From Mobula hypostoma (taxonomy: Eukaryota), in contig NC_086097.1 of the NCBI RefSeq assembly GCF_963921235.1, positions 169,758,001-169,822,000 of the forward strand: a stretch of 64,000 nucleotides of DNA, written 5' to 3'. The notes under the pieces are model-generated. The model was not told where the DNA came from. It searched no databases and worked only from the letters and a program-made list of their open reading frames with translations. Both the position numbers and the translations under genes were made by a program. This document shows positions 13,441-26,699 of this stretch, in pieces; positions within the stretch are counted from its first letter, which is position 1; every line of letters starts with the position of its first letter.

Positions 13441-14704
13441 TACAAGCTGGGTAGACAAAGGAGATGCAAAAAAGATGGTGTACTTGGATTTTCAGAAGGT
13501 CTTTGACAAGGTGCCGCACATGAGGCTGCTTAGCAAGAAAAGAGCCCGTGGAATTACAGGGAAGTTACTAGTGTGGGTGGAGCATTGGCTGGTCGGCAGA
13601 AAACAGAGAGTGAGAATAAAGGGATCCTATTTTGGCTGGCTACCGGTTACCAGTGAAGTTCCACAGGGGTTGATGTTGGAACCGCTGCTTTTTACCATGT
13701 ATTTCAATGATTTGGACTATGGTATTAATGGATTTGTGGCTAAATTTGCCAATGGTACAAAGATAGGTGGAGGAGCAGGTAGTGTTGAGGAAACAGAGAG
13801 CCTGCAGAGAGACTTAGATAGTTTAGGGGAATGGGCAAAGAAGTGGCAAATGAAATACAATGTTAGAAAGAGTATGGCTATGCACTTTGGTGGAAGAAAT
13901 AAACAGGCAGACTATTATTTAGATGGGGAGAGAATTCAAAATGCAGAGATGCAAAGGGACTTGGGAGCCCTTGTGTAAGACACCCGCTAACCTTCCGGTT
14001 GAGTCAGTTGTGAAGAAGGCGAATGCAATATTGGCATTCATTTCTAGAGGTATAGAATATAAGAGCAGGGTTCTGATGTTGAGGCCTAAAAGGCAGTCAT
14101 GAGACTACACATGGAGTATTATGTGTAGGTTTGGGCTCCTTATTTTAGAAAGGATATACTGACATCAGACAGGGCTCAGAGAAGATTCACGAGAATGATT
14201 CCAGGAATGAAAGGGTTACTGTGTGAGTAACGTCTGGCAGCTCTTGGGCTGCATTCCCCAGAAATCAGGAGAATGAAGGGGGGATCTCACAGAAACATTC
14301 CAAACGTTAAAAGGCCTGAACAGATTAGATAGGGCAAAGTTATTTCCCATGGTAGGGGAGTCTGGGACAAGAGGGCACAACTTCAGGATTGAAGGACATC
14401 CTTTAAGAACTGAGATGCGGAGAAATTACTTTAGTCAGAGGGTGGTAAATCTGTGGAATTTGTTGCTACGAGTGGCTGTGGAGGCCAAGTCATTGGGTGC
14501 ATTTAAGGCAGAGATAGACAGGTTCTTGATTAGCCAGGGCATCAAAGGGTATGGGGTGAAGGCAGGGGAGTGGGGATGACTGGAAGAATTGGATCAGCCC
14601 ATGATTGAATGGCACAGCAGACTCGATGGACCGAATGGCCTACTTCTGCTCCTGTATGTTATGGTCTAAGTGAAAATGATAATCCAATTCTAATTTAAAG
14701 CTGC

Positions 14705-15240
14705 TTATTCTCTCCGCCGCCGATCCCACAGCATAGACTGGTGCACGTTCGCCCTCCTTCCCCCTTCCCGCGGGGCCAAGAGCCGCTGGCAAAGACCGAA
14801 CGATAACTTCAGGGCTCCGCCCGCCGCTGGGAGCCTTCTGAAGGCATCTTGCTGTGGCCTACGGGCGTCGCTCCGGCGGATGGGTGGCCATGGCAACCGG
14901 CTGAACCGGATGGAAAGATACTTTGCAGGAAGTTGGTGGGCAGGTCGGGCAAGGGTCAAAGGTTATTTGTAAGCCGGACGTCGCGGGAGTTTTCTCCCAC
15001 TCCGGCGCCTTGAGAATGCAGACGGCAGCGGTCGGGGGGCGAGGGATGAGTGGTTCAGCGGGGGAGCAGTGCTGCCCGGCCTCGGTGGATAGCGACAGGG
15101 AGAGGCCCAGGAAGCGCAAGCACAGCGAGGAGAGGGAAGAAAAGGAAGATGAACAAGTGGACCGAAAGTACCAGGTGAGGCGAGGGCCTGAAATCACACC
15201 CCGGCCACTCTGACCCAAATCCCCCCTGGCCGTCAGACTC
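14705..15240. promoter_or_regulatory. CpG island / RNMT promoter and first exon
   Basis: CpG-dense, GC-rich non-repeat segment in an otherwise CpG-poor window; X-box-like GTGGCCATGGCAAC (14884-14897), ETS-like CAGGAAGT, overlaps first coding exon. Confidence 0.8.
15016..15174 (+). CDS. RNMT: RNMT coding exon 1 (N-terminus, MQTAAV...PRKRKH...KYQ)
   Basis: ATG with purine at -3 (alternative in-frame ATG at 15046), basic NLS-like RKRK, donor CAG|GTGAGG, phase 0 matches exon 2. Confidence 0.75.
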
Positions 15241-15354
15241 TTCTCTCAACCCTTTAACATTAGCCCCCCCCCCAACATACGCACTCACCTTCACGTAATC
15301 TTCCTCCTTCTCAAACCTGGACTCAACCCTCGTCCCACAACTCCCGGCCTCATC

Positions 15355-18243
15355 GTTCCCCCCCTCCCACCACTCCCGATCCCCAGCCCCTTCCCCCACC
15401 ACTCCTGATCCCCAGCCCCTTCCCCTTCCCCCACCACTCCCGATCCCCAGCCCCTTCTCCCCACCACACCACTCCCGATCCCCCAGCCCCTTCCCCCACC
15501 ACTCCTGATCCCCCAGCCCCTTCCCCCACCACTCCCGATCCCCAGCCCCTTCCCCCACCACTCCTGATCCCCAGCCCCTTCCCCTTCCCCCACCACTCCC
15601 GATCCCCAGCCCCTTCTCCCCACCACACCACTCCCGATCCCCCAGCCCCTTCTCCCACCACTCCCGATCCCCCAGCCCCTTCCCCCCACCACTCCCGATC
15701 CCCCAGCCCCTTCTCCCCCCACCACACCACTCCTGATCCCCCAGCCCCTTCCCCCACCACTCCCGATCCCCAGCCCCTTCCCCCACCACTCCTGATCCCC
15801 AGCCCCTTCCCCTTCCCCCACCACTCCCGATCCCCAGCCCCTTCCCCTTCCCCCACCACTCCCGATCCCCAGCCCCTTCTCCCCACCACACCTCTCCCGA
15901 TCCCCAGCCCCTTCTCCCCCACCACACCACTCCCGATCCCCAGCCCCTTCTCCCCCACCACACCACTCCCGATCCCCAGCCCCTTCCCCCACCACTCCCG
16001 ATCCCCAGCCCCTAACCCCCACCACTCCCGATCCCCAGCCCCTTCCCCCCACCACTCCTGATCCCCAGCCCCTTCCCCCCACCACTCCCAATCCCCAGCC
16101 TCTTCTCCCCCACCACTCCACTCCCGATCCCCAGCCCCTTCTCCCCCACCACACCACTCCCGATCCCCAGCCCCTTCCCCCACCACTCCCGATCCCCAGC
16201 CCCTTCCCCCACCACTCCCGATCCCCAGCCCCTTCCCCCAGTACTCCCGATCCCCAGCCCCTTCCCCCAGTACTCCCGATCCCCCAGCCCCTTCTCCCCA
16301 CCACTCCCGATCCTCATCCTCTTCTCCCTCACCACTCCCGATCCCCAGCCCCTTCCCCCCACCACTCCCGATCTCCAGCCCCTTCCCCCACCACTCCTGA
16401 TCTCCAGCCCCTTCCCCCCACCACTCCCGATCCCCAGCCCCTTCCCCCCACCACTCCCGATCCCCAGCCCCTTCCCCTTCCCCCACCACTCCCGATCCCC
16501 AGCCCATTCTCCCCCACCACACCACTCCCGATCCCCCAGCCCCTTCTCTCCCACCACACCACTCCCGATCCCCAGCCCCTTCCCCCACCACTCCCGATCC
16601 CCAGCCCCTTCCCCCACCACTCCCGATCCCCAGCCCCTTCCCCCCACCACTCCCGATCCCCAGCCTCTTCTCCCCCACCACTCCACTCCCGATCCCCCAG
16701 CCCCTTCTCCCCCGCCACTCCCGATCCCCAGCCCCTTCCCCTTCCCCCACCACTCCCGATCCCCAGCCCCTTCCCCTTCCCCCACCACTCCCGATCCCCA
16801 GCCCCTTCCCCTTCCCCCACCACTCCCGATCCCCAGCCCCTTCTCCCCCACCACTCCCGATCCCCAGCCCCTTCTCCCCCACCACTCCCGATACCCCGCC
16901 CCTTCTCCCCCACCACTCCCGATCCCCAGCCCCTTCTCCCCCACCACTCCCGATCCCCAGCCCCTTCTCCCCCACCACTCCCGATCCCCCAGCTCCTTCT
17001 CCCCCACCACTCCCGATCCCCCAGCTCCTTCTCCCCCACCACACCACTCCCGATCCCCCAGCCCCTTCCCCCCACCACTCCCGATCCCCAGCCCCTTCCC
17101 CCACCACTCCCGATCCCCCAGTCCCTTCCCCCCACCACTCCCGATCCCCCAGCCCCTTCCCCCCACCACTCCCGATCCCCAGCCCCTTCCCCTTCCCCCA
17201 CCACTCCCAATCCCCAGCCCCTTCTCCCACCACTCCCGATCCCCCAGCCCCTTCCCCCCACCACTCCCGATCCCCCAGCCCCTTCTCCCCCACCACACCA
17301 CTCCTGATCCCCCCGCCCCGTCCCCCACCACTCCCGATCCTCCAGCCCCTTCCCCCACCACTCCCGATCCTCCAGCCCCTTCCCCCACCACTCCCGATCC
17401 CCAGCCCCTTCCCCCACCACTCCCAATCTCCAGCCCCTTCCCCCACCACTCCCGATCCCCAGCCCTTTCCCCCCACCACTCCCAACATCAGCCCCTTCCC
17501 CCCACCACTCCCGATCCCCAGCCCCTTCCCCCCACCACTCCCGATCCCCAGCCCCTTCCCCCCACCACTCCCAACATCAGCCCCTTCTCCCCACCACTCC
17601 CGATCCCCAGCCCCTTCCCCCCACCACTCCCGATCCCCAGCCCCTTCTCCCCACCACTCCCGATCCCCAGCCCCTTCTCCCCACCACTCCCGATCCCCAG
17701 CCCCTTCCCCCCACCACTCCCGATCCCCAGCCCCTTCCCCCCACCACTCCCGATCCCCATCCTCTTCTCCCTCACCACTCCCGATCCCCAGCCCCTTCCC
17801 CCCACCACTCCCGATCTCCAGCCCCTTCCCCCACCACTCCTGATCTCCAGCCCCTTCCCCCCACCACTCCCGATCTCCAGCCCCTTCCCCCCACCACTCC
17901 CGATCCCCAGCCCCTTCCCCCCACCACTCCCGATCCCCAGCCCCTTCCCCCCACCACTCCCAATCCCCAGCCCCTTCCCCCCACCACTCCCGATCCCCAG
18001 CCCCTTCGCCTTCCCCACCACTCCCGATCCCCAGCCCCTTCTCCCCCACCACACCACTCCCGATCCCCCAGCCCCTTCTCCCCCACCACACCACTCCCGA
18101 TCCCCAGCCCCTTCTCCCCACCACTCCACTCCCGATCCCCAGCCCCTTCTCCCCCACCACTCCCGATCCTCCAGCCCCTTCTCCCCACCACTCCCGATCC
18201 CCCAGCCCCTTCTCCCCACCACTCCCGATCCCCAGCCGCTTCT
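15355..18243. repeat. C-rich/G-rich minisatellite, ~29-36 bp unit (ccaccactcccgatccccagccccttccc)
   Basis: Tandem units directly visible over ~2.9 kb; variable C-run lengths and recurring variant units. Confidence 0.98.
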
Positions 18244-20101
18244 CCATCCAACACTTCTTGCCTGAACTGCCTCTGCATACTCCCCAATCAGTTCTGATTT
18301 ACTCCACTTTGTTCCCATCCCACAACATTCACTTTCTTCTTCCCCGCCCCCCCCACCTGATTCGATGAACTAGCTGAAAGATTGCGTATATAATTTGGAA
18401 GCTGAAGTCGGAATTTATTATCTGGAGAGCCGGATGTGTTGACAGGCATAGCATTGTACCTGTGATACTAAACGTTTGTTATGTCTAATACAAACTCTTG
18501 GGGCAGCCCTGAAGCTTAGTGTTAAAAATAAATCTGTAAGGGTTTGCATTCCTAAATGTGAGATCATCTATCCACCGTTCCGGTACACTGTGTCTCTTGG
18601 TTGTTTGCATGTTGACTGTTGTGTTCACGCTTATCAGCTGCCTCTATCACTGTATGTTTCATTTTGGTTTTCCCTTATGCCAATCAAGTTTTACTTCCTT
18701 CTTAAAGGTGTATACTTGGTGTTCTTGCCACAGTATGGGCAATGCTGTTTCTGCTGAATTATCTGATCAATGTTATAATATCACAGAAAACTGGAGCATG
18801 GAAAGAGGACACCAAGTCCATCAAGCTCTGTTCCCTTTTTCCAAACTGTGCTGTTCTTTAAAAAATCACACAATTTCCCTTGAAAGAATTGAATACGTAT
18901 CCACCAGCTTTTCAAGCAGTGGGTTCTAGATTGAACGACTTTATTCTGTGGCAAAGCCTTTCTCTCATGTTGCCACCAGTTCTTTTGCCAATTGCTTTAA
19001 ATTTCCTTCCTGTTTCTATTGATTTGGCCACTCAAAGCTATTTTCCTTTATTACCTTCTGGTTCCCTTATGACTTCGAAGGTCTCAAATTAAATTGCCTC
19101 TCAACCTTCATTTCATTAGAACAGCCCTCACTTCTCCAACCAATTTCTGCGTTGTCCCTAAAATATTCATGTCCTTTCTCAACCACAGTGACCAGAACTT
19201 GGAATAATCAGATCCAGCTTATGTAGAGGTTCAATGTGATCTCTCTTAATTTGTGCTCTTTTCTTTTTATGCTGTCCAAGTTCATGTGCGCTGTTTTAAA
19301 TTTAGTTTTCAATAGGTATTAACGGCTTCAAAAGATTTATACATCTACGTGTCCAAGTTTTATTTCTTGCAGTGCTTTTAGAATTGAACCCTTTATTTTA
19401 TCTTCCAGGTAAAAATGGAATGGATCAATTCACAATTTTCTGTGTGAAGTTTTATGCTCCATTGTGATATTTCATTTGGAAATCTTATGTTCCAAATCAT
19501 TCATTATAAATTTAGAAAGGCAAGTAGCGGAACAGGCTACACCAGAAAATCAACCATTTACCATGATTGCTATTGTCTGGTCCCTCACGTTACTTTTGCT
19601 TGATGCTGTCACTACCTCCTGTACTCCAGAGGCTTCAACTTTGTTGTCGAATCCTAGGGTTGTACAGTATGCTAAGAGGACCTTTGCCCCACCATGTCTA
19701 TGCCGACAAGTATACCACTCTATACGAACCCCACTTGCTTGCGTTAATTCCCTATTTCTCTATGCTCATCTTAGTACCAGTTCATATGCCTCTTAAATGT
19801 TCTTGTTGTTCTTGCCTCCAATGCCTCCTCTGACAGCTCATTCCAGATACCTTTGTGTGTGAAAAACCTATCCCTCAGATCCCCGCCTCTCACATTAAAC
19901 CTATGCCCTTTGGTTTTAGAGACCCTTACAATGGGAAACAGACACTGCCGATCTCCTGTCTTTGCCTCTCATTATGTGGACAAGCATATTCCATGGCATA
20001 TTTGCAAGTGTTAGTGCACTGGTTTTTTTTTTCAATAGCTTCTGATGTTTTGGTGCAGGAGTTTCAATGATTAGGTCCACTAGAAATGATTAATCTTTTA
20101 A

Positions 20102-20452
<351 letters not shown>

Positions 20453-20739
20453 TGATTTTTATGCCCTTCAAGAATTTGAACTTTCTGTTGACGTGCACAT
20501 AATCAGGAGGAAGCTTAAAATGAAATGTGCACAGGTTGAATATGTTGGGTTGATGCAGGAGGCATCCGAAATCATGAGCTGTCGGGATTGGACTTTAATG
20601 GAACCTTGAAATTGGTGGCGTTATTTGCATTGGATTATCTGCAATCATTAAAGGTAGTTCAGAAGATAATTCTCAATACACAAATGAAAGTGATGTTCAT
20701 TCCCATTTCCTGAATGTAGGAGTGCTGTTGTGTATCATC

Positions 20740-21655
20740 ATAGAAACATATAGAAACATAGAAAATAGGTGCAGGAATAGGCCATTCGGCCCTTCGAGCC
20801 TGCACTGCCATTCAGTATGATCATGGCTGATCATCCAACTCAGAACCCTGTACCAGCCTTCCCCCCATACCCCCTGATCCCTTTAGCCACAAGGGCCATA
20901 TCTAACTCCCTCTTAAGTATAGCCAATGAACTGGCCTCAACTGTTTCCTGTGGCAGAGAATTGCACAGATTCACCACTCTCTGTGTGAAGAAGTTTTTCC
21001 TAATCTCGGTCCTAAAAGACTTCCCCTTTATCCTCAAACTGTGACCCCTCGTTCTGGACTTCCCCAACATCGGGAACAATCTTCCTGCATCTAGCCTGTC
21101 CAATCCCTTTACGATTTTATATGCTTCAATAAGATCCCCCCTCAATCTTCTAAATTCCAGCGAGTATAAACTTAGTCGATCCAGTCTTTCATCATATGAA
21201 AGTCCTGCCATCCCAGGAATCAATCTGGTGAACCTTCTTTGTACTCCCTCTATTGGCAAGGATGTCTTTCCTCAGATTAGGGGACCAAAACTGCACACAA
21301 TACTCCAGGTGTGGTCTCACCAAGGCCTTGTACAACTGCAGTAGTACCTCCCTGCTCCTGTACTCGAATCCTCTTGCTATGAATGTCAGCATACCATTCG
21401 CCTTTTTCACCGCCTGCTGTACCTGCATGCCCACTTTCAATGACTGGTGTATAATGACACCCAGGTCTCATTTCACCTCCCCTTTTCCTAATCGGCCACC
21501 ATTCAGATAATAATCGGTTTTCCTGTTTTTGCCACCAAAGTGGATAACCTCACATTTATCCACATTAAATTGCATCTGCCATGAATTTGCCCACTCACCT
21601 AACCTATCCAAGTCACCCTGCATCCCCTTAGCATCCTCCTCACAGCTAACACTGT
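20740..21655 (-). mobile_element. CR1 3' fragment
   Basis: Minus-strand LVRPHLEYCVQFWSP, FFTQRVVNL; (atagaaac)n tail. Confidence 0.92.
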
Positions 21656-22189
21656 ATCTGTATCTGTTTTCTATAAAAATGTGGACATTTTTGTTCTTGG
21701 TGCCATTGATTATTAAAATATACATCTAAGCTTGAGTGATGTATGATCTAAGGTAGCCAGGCCATGCTATTTATTGCCATGTGTATTGAGATACAGTGAA
21801 AAGCTTTTGTTTTGTGTGCCAACCATATAGATCAGGCCAAATGTGATTACATTGACAATATAAACAGAATGTAGAATACAGTGTTATTGTTAGAGAAAGT
21901 GCAGGTAGACGGATAAAATATAAAACCACGATGAAGTATTTAGGAAATCAAGAGTTCACCTTTTGGTACATGAGGAATCCATTCAAAAGTCTGATAATAG
22001 CAAGATAGAAGCTGTCCTTGAGTCTGTTTTGTGTTCTCCGGAAGTTATTATCAAGTGGATTGTTTACACCATTAAACAGTAGAAATCTGAACATGTGCTA
22101 CAATTTTTGATCAAAATGCAAGGATTGGAAAGGAAACCTAAATTTTTAACATGTAAGTAAACATGCAAATTTCTAACATCTAACATTTC

Positions 22190-23090
22190 TTCTGGTCAAG
22201 ATGGTGCCAGCAAACAACGATTCCTCCGGCAACATCTTCCAGACAGCAAATCTTTCCAATTATCTCACTTCTCCACCTTCTGCTTGTACTTCTCGTCTCA
22301 CTTGTGTTATGGAAACTGTTGGGGCCTGTGAAGTACAGTTTGGAACTTGATCAAAGGATCCAGCGTGATGCTGTGTCTGGAGACCTTTCTTGTGGAGATC
22401 AGAGACGGGGAGGTGGTGATGGCAAAAAAGACTGAGAATACAAGCTGACTCATGGAAAAGATCAGAGATGAGGCGCAGGGTCATGAGTGACTCCATCTCG
22501 AAGCAGCAAGGAAAATTGAAGCATCGAGGTGAATGCGGAGTGGGTCAGCAGCTGGATTAGCGATTTCGGACCTGGGTTGACGGTCATTTTTTACAGAAGG
22601 GCTGAGTTCGTGCGGCTGCTCTCCTTATATGCAGACAAAAAGTTTCTGATTATACTGAGATTTATGTGATTATTGGACCATACTTTATATTGGTTTCCTT
22701 CAGTTTTTTTGGTGTTTTCTTTCTTGTGACAGATTGTGATCTGTTAATTTTTTTTGTGTGTCAGGGTTTGGAGGTTTGGTGCTCCTGGCACTGTTTTTTT
22801 CTGTGAATGACGGGGTCGGGACTGTTATTGTCGTTATTTTTTTATGCGGGTGTCAGGGTCGAGGGACTGCTTTTGTCGCTGTTTATTGTGCTGGGTGTGA
22901 GGGGGGATTTTTGGGATCTGCAAGTTTTGTTTTTTTTCTTTTTCATGCCCAGGGTGGGGGGGGGGGTGACGAGTGGATGTCTTTTCTTCCAATGCTCCCG
23001 TGGTCTTTCTGTATTTAATAGCTATCTGGAGTAGACATCATCAGAGTTGTACTGAACATGCATACTTTGACAATAAATGAACCTTTGTAA
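22190..23090 (+). mobile_element. Non-autonomous retroposon-like repeat (AAGATGG-type head, LINE-like 3' tail)
   Basis: Begins caagatggtgcc, T-rich body, ends tactttgacaataaatgaacctttg; no coding motif; related layout at 23140-23710 and 33215-33960 on minus. Confidence 0.5.
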
Positions 23091-23742
23091 GTGCTTTAAT
23101 TCAAGCAAGATCAAGTTAACCCGACTTTCTACTGGGTTTCAAAGGTTAATTTTATTATCAAAGTATATATGGGAAGTGTTTTCTCCAGATAACCATAATA
23201 TACAGAAAAACCATGGAAATCATTGAGGCCCATCTCCTGCATGAAAAAGAAAAAGAAACAAAATTCACAAACCCCAAACCCCCCAACCACTCCCTCACAC
23301 AGAAACTAACGGATTGCCCACCCAGACATGGCAGCTAAAACATCAAACCCCTTCCCATGCAAAAAAAAACAGCGACAATACCATCAAACACCAAACCCCT
23401 CCCTTACCCAAAAAAGTGACTTATCACCCACTCACCAATTGGCAACAAGAAAGAAAACACGGAATAACTGAGAAAGATCAATGTAAGTTGCGGTCCGCAC
23501 TGATAATCACATCTTGGAATTTCAGTAACATCCTCCATCAGCATTGATGGAGAGCAACAGCTCAAACTCAGTCCTTCTGTGGGGCCTTCATCCGCTGAGA
23601 AGCGACCTCCCGTGGCCTCTCGACCCCCAGCCTGATCCATTAAGAGCGAGTGCCGATCTGACCTCCGCATTCACCTCGATGCTTCAATCTTCCTCGGCGC
23701 TTTGATCTAAAGGCTTCTATCATATTACAGCCCTCTTCACTT

Positions 23743-24860
23743 TGTAGAGGTTAGGGAAATTACTCAAATATATAAGAACTGTTAGAGAAATTACTCAAAT
23801 ACACCACTCGGACAGTTTCAGGCTTTGAAGTAAAGAGAGCTTTATTCATGATATTGCCGAGAGTGGAACTGCTAACGGTGGTTTTGAACTCCAAATCATA
23901 CCGAGAGCACAACTCCTTTTAAACAAATTGATTGCAGAAGCAGAGTCTGTCTGATTCCCTTATGAATTACAGAAGATAAGCTAGGTTCACATGCAGTTAT
24001 CTTGGGATAAACTATACACATAACAACAGCTAAAATTAAAAAAAAATAGTGGGATTGAGTTTAGGAGCCAAGATGTAATGTTGCAGCTATATAGGACCCT
24101 GGTCAGACCCCACTTGGAGTACTGTGCTCAATTCTGGTTGACTCACTGTAGGAAGGATGTGGAAACCATAGAAAGGGTGCGGGGGAGATTTACAAGGATG
24201 TTGCCTGGATTGGGGAGCATGCCTTATGAGAGTAGGTTAAGTGAACTCGGCCTTTTTTCCTTGGAATGACAGAAGATGAGAGGTGACCTGATAGAGGTAT
24301 ATAAGATGATAGGCATTGATCATGTGGATAGTCAGAGGCTTTTTCCCAGGGCTGGAATGGCTAGCACAAGAGGGCACAGTTCTAAGGCGCTTGGAAGTAG
24401 GTACAGAGGAGATGTCAGGGGTAAGTTTTTTACACAGAGAGTGGTGAGTGTGTGGGATGGGCTGCCGGCGATGGTGGTGGAGGCAGATATGATAGGGTCT
24501 TTTAGAGATTCCTGGATAGGTATATGGAGCTCAGAAAAATAGAGGGCTATGGGTAACACTAGGTAATTTCTAAGGTAAGGACGTGTTTGGCATAGCTTTG
24601 TGGGTTGAAGGGCCTGTATTGTGCTGTAGGTTTTCTATGCTTTCTGCGTTTCTAAAATCAGTCTTGTGTATCAGTCTGTTTGTCCCATATCCTTGAGGCT
24701 AATTCTAACAAGATAAACTACTGCAAACAGTTTCTAAGAATTGTCTGCTGAAAGCCAAGGCCATATCTATAACTAAGTTGCAAACTGGTTTCCATACTCA
24801 AAAAGTCAGTATTAACCCTCTGTCTATCAAAATCTTTAACTCACAATGTTTTCCTCCACA
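23743..24860 (-). mobile_element. Probable solo LTR interrupted by a CR1 fragment
   Basis: Ends TGTAGAGG...CCTCCACA (imperfect inverted termini), minus-strand AATAAA; no clean TSD. Confidence 0.45.
24045..24652 (+). mobile_element. CR1 3' fragment
   Basis: LVRPHLEYCAQFW, FFTQRVVSVW; tttctatg-type tail; possible TSD ctaaaat at 24030-24036 and 24652-24658. Confidence 0.9.
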
Positions 24861-24920
24861 TTAGATAAAAATGTGATTTTTTTTTGTTTTTTTGAAGCAG
24901 TTATGAAGTTTTAATTCTAG

Positions 24921-25091
<171 letters not shown>

Positions 25092-25231
25092 TAATTTGCT
25101 GGAGAGGCAACATGGTTTTTGTTTAAGGAACTGGGAGAGTTTAAGAGTTACTGATTTGTATCCATTTGCTTTTTGAATTGGTATACATTGATGTTCAAAG
25201 GATTTAACGTGTAATGAAAATATAGCTTAAT

Positions 25232-25573
25232 GAATAAACTCTTCTCAAGCTTCCAGCAAGTACAGGTATCAATTATAACCAACGTTTCAATGACAAACTC
25301 TGCCATCTTCATCGTGGATGATGCCTGGGTAAATCTAGTCCAGTATATTTATACCTCTGTAGTCCATCCCTCCCAATTGGTTAGTCTTCATCCAATCAGG
25401 AAGGAAGGACTACAAGGGTATAAGTACCGCAGGACTAGACTTCCCCAGGCATCATCCCCGAAGAAGATGACAGAGTTTGTCATCGGAACTTCGGTTATGA
25501 CCGATACCTGTATCTACTTGAAGCCTGAGAAGGGTTTATTCGTCATATACACCGAGAAAGCACTAGATCCTTT
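25232..25573. mobile_element. Foldback element built from two inverted PLE-type terminal repeats (second family)
   Basis: gaataaactcttctc...gagaagggtttattc inverted arms of ~140 bp, each with a degenerate CTGANGA..GAAACGTC motif. Confidence 0.7.
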
Positions 25574-25924
25574 TTCAAAATATGGCTTGTTTGAGTAAAT
25601 TCCAAGTGATATATTCACTGATCTAACCTTAATAAATTTTCAAAAAAGTAACTTGACCAGTTCTTTCTTTTTGTGTTGAACCAAGGCAACTACACCTGAA
25701 CTTTTAGTACTGAAACCTTTTGAGTGTTGCCAAAACTAGTGGATTTAAATTAGCCCACTATTCATTTGATTGCTGGATAATGACTTTCTATTTTCTGAAG
25801 ATTTGTTACTTGGGTTCCATTAAGCATTTTCTTGAACTGAGTTTCAAACATTCAATTTAGAGCATTTCTTCATCCATTCATTACCCTCTTTGTTAAGGGT
25901 TTATTTACTCTTTCTAAATATTAC

Positions 25925-26500
25925 TGTAACCCTCAGGCTCGGCCAGCTCGTGTTTGTCTAGGGGAAAACAGCCTCTGGCCCCGCCAAGCTGAGAAATCAT
26001 GTTTGTGTGGATGTTGTGTAATGTACTGCCCAGTTACAAACCCACAACGCAAAATATCAGACAGTACACCATATGCAATTAAATGATGAACTTTATGAAT
26101 CTTAATCTGAATATAGGATTAGTAAAATAACAAATAAAAAAGGGCCCAATTCAAGGAAAAGTCAAAAGTGCACGTTGGAGCTCACTCATTCGCCATTGTT
26201 CCACCATCGATCTCCTTCGAGCGTCGCTGACCTCAGATCCCATTCCACTCCGTCCGGTGGTCTACCAGCTCTCTCCACACGTGTCTTCCCTCTTCATCTC
26301 TCCTCGACAAAGACTGCAAAAAATCTCCTTCCAGATTCACAAGACAGAGCAGCAATCTCTGATTGGCTAACATGCATAACCAAAGTCCTGTTATCTCCAG
26401 CCATAACCCAAACATTGCTGCTACTGAGAAATTGTTACCTCAGCAGTGAACATTACAGAGATGCCATTACATTAGCCGTGAATCCTTACGGCGCGTTACA
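25925..26500 (-). mobile_element. Solo LTR (Gypsy-like)
   Basis: Termini TGTAAC...GTTACA, 576 bp, flanks ttac/ttag (3 of 4 match); strand is tentative. Confidence 0.7.
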
Positions 26501-26699
26501 TTAGGATTTAACTTGTCAAATTTTATGGGTTTGTTTGTAATTGCTCATTTACCAGATCTTGTTATTAGTGACAAGGCATTTATTGCACATATCCTAGTTC
26601 ATTATGGAAGGGACCAGTATTACCATTTCCCTTATACTACTTCTGTCTCCCACATGCCCATGTACTTGCTTTCATTATTTTGTCACTTACCCTGTGTTA

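Larger units (their letters stand above)
6620..14668 (+). mobile_element. Near full-length decayed CR1 LINE (ORF1 zinc finger + SGNH esterase; ORF2 APE endonuclease + RT) with two nested insertions
   Basis: ORF1: HICARC, VVVIGNSIVRG, GTNDI, DRIHL. ORF2: LYLNA, SETWL, GDFN, SDHN, KSPGPDG, YLDFQKVFDKVPH, EVPQG, KFANGTK; CR1 3' UTR; multiple stops and frameshifts. Confidence 0.92.

Noticed and set aside
15355..18243. CRISPR-like array or immunoglobulin switch-like region
   Set aside because: No unique spacers, no cas genes, vertebrate context, no AGCT-rich motif or Ig segments
15350..18318. Long Gly/Trp-rich minus-strand ORFs (up to 965 aa)
   Set aside because: They are translations of the minisatellite, open in all three frames because the unit lacks stop codons; no independent coding evidence
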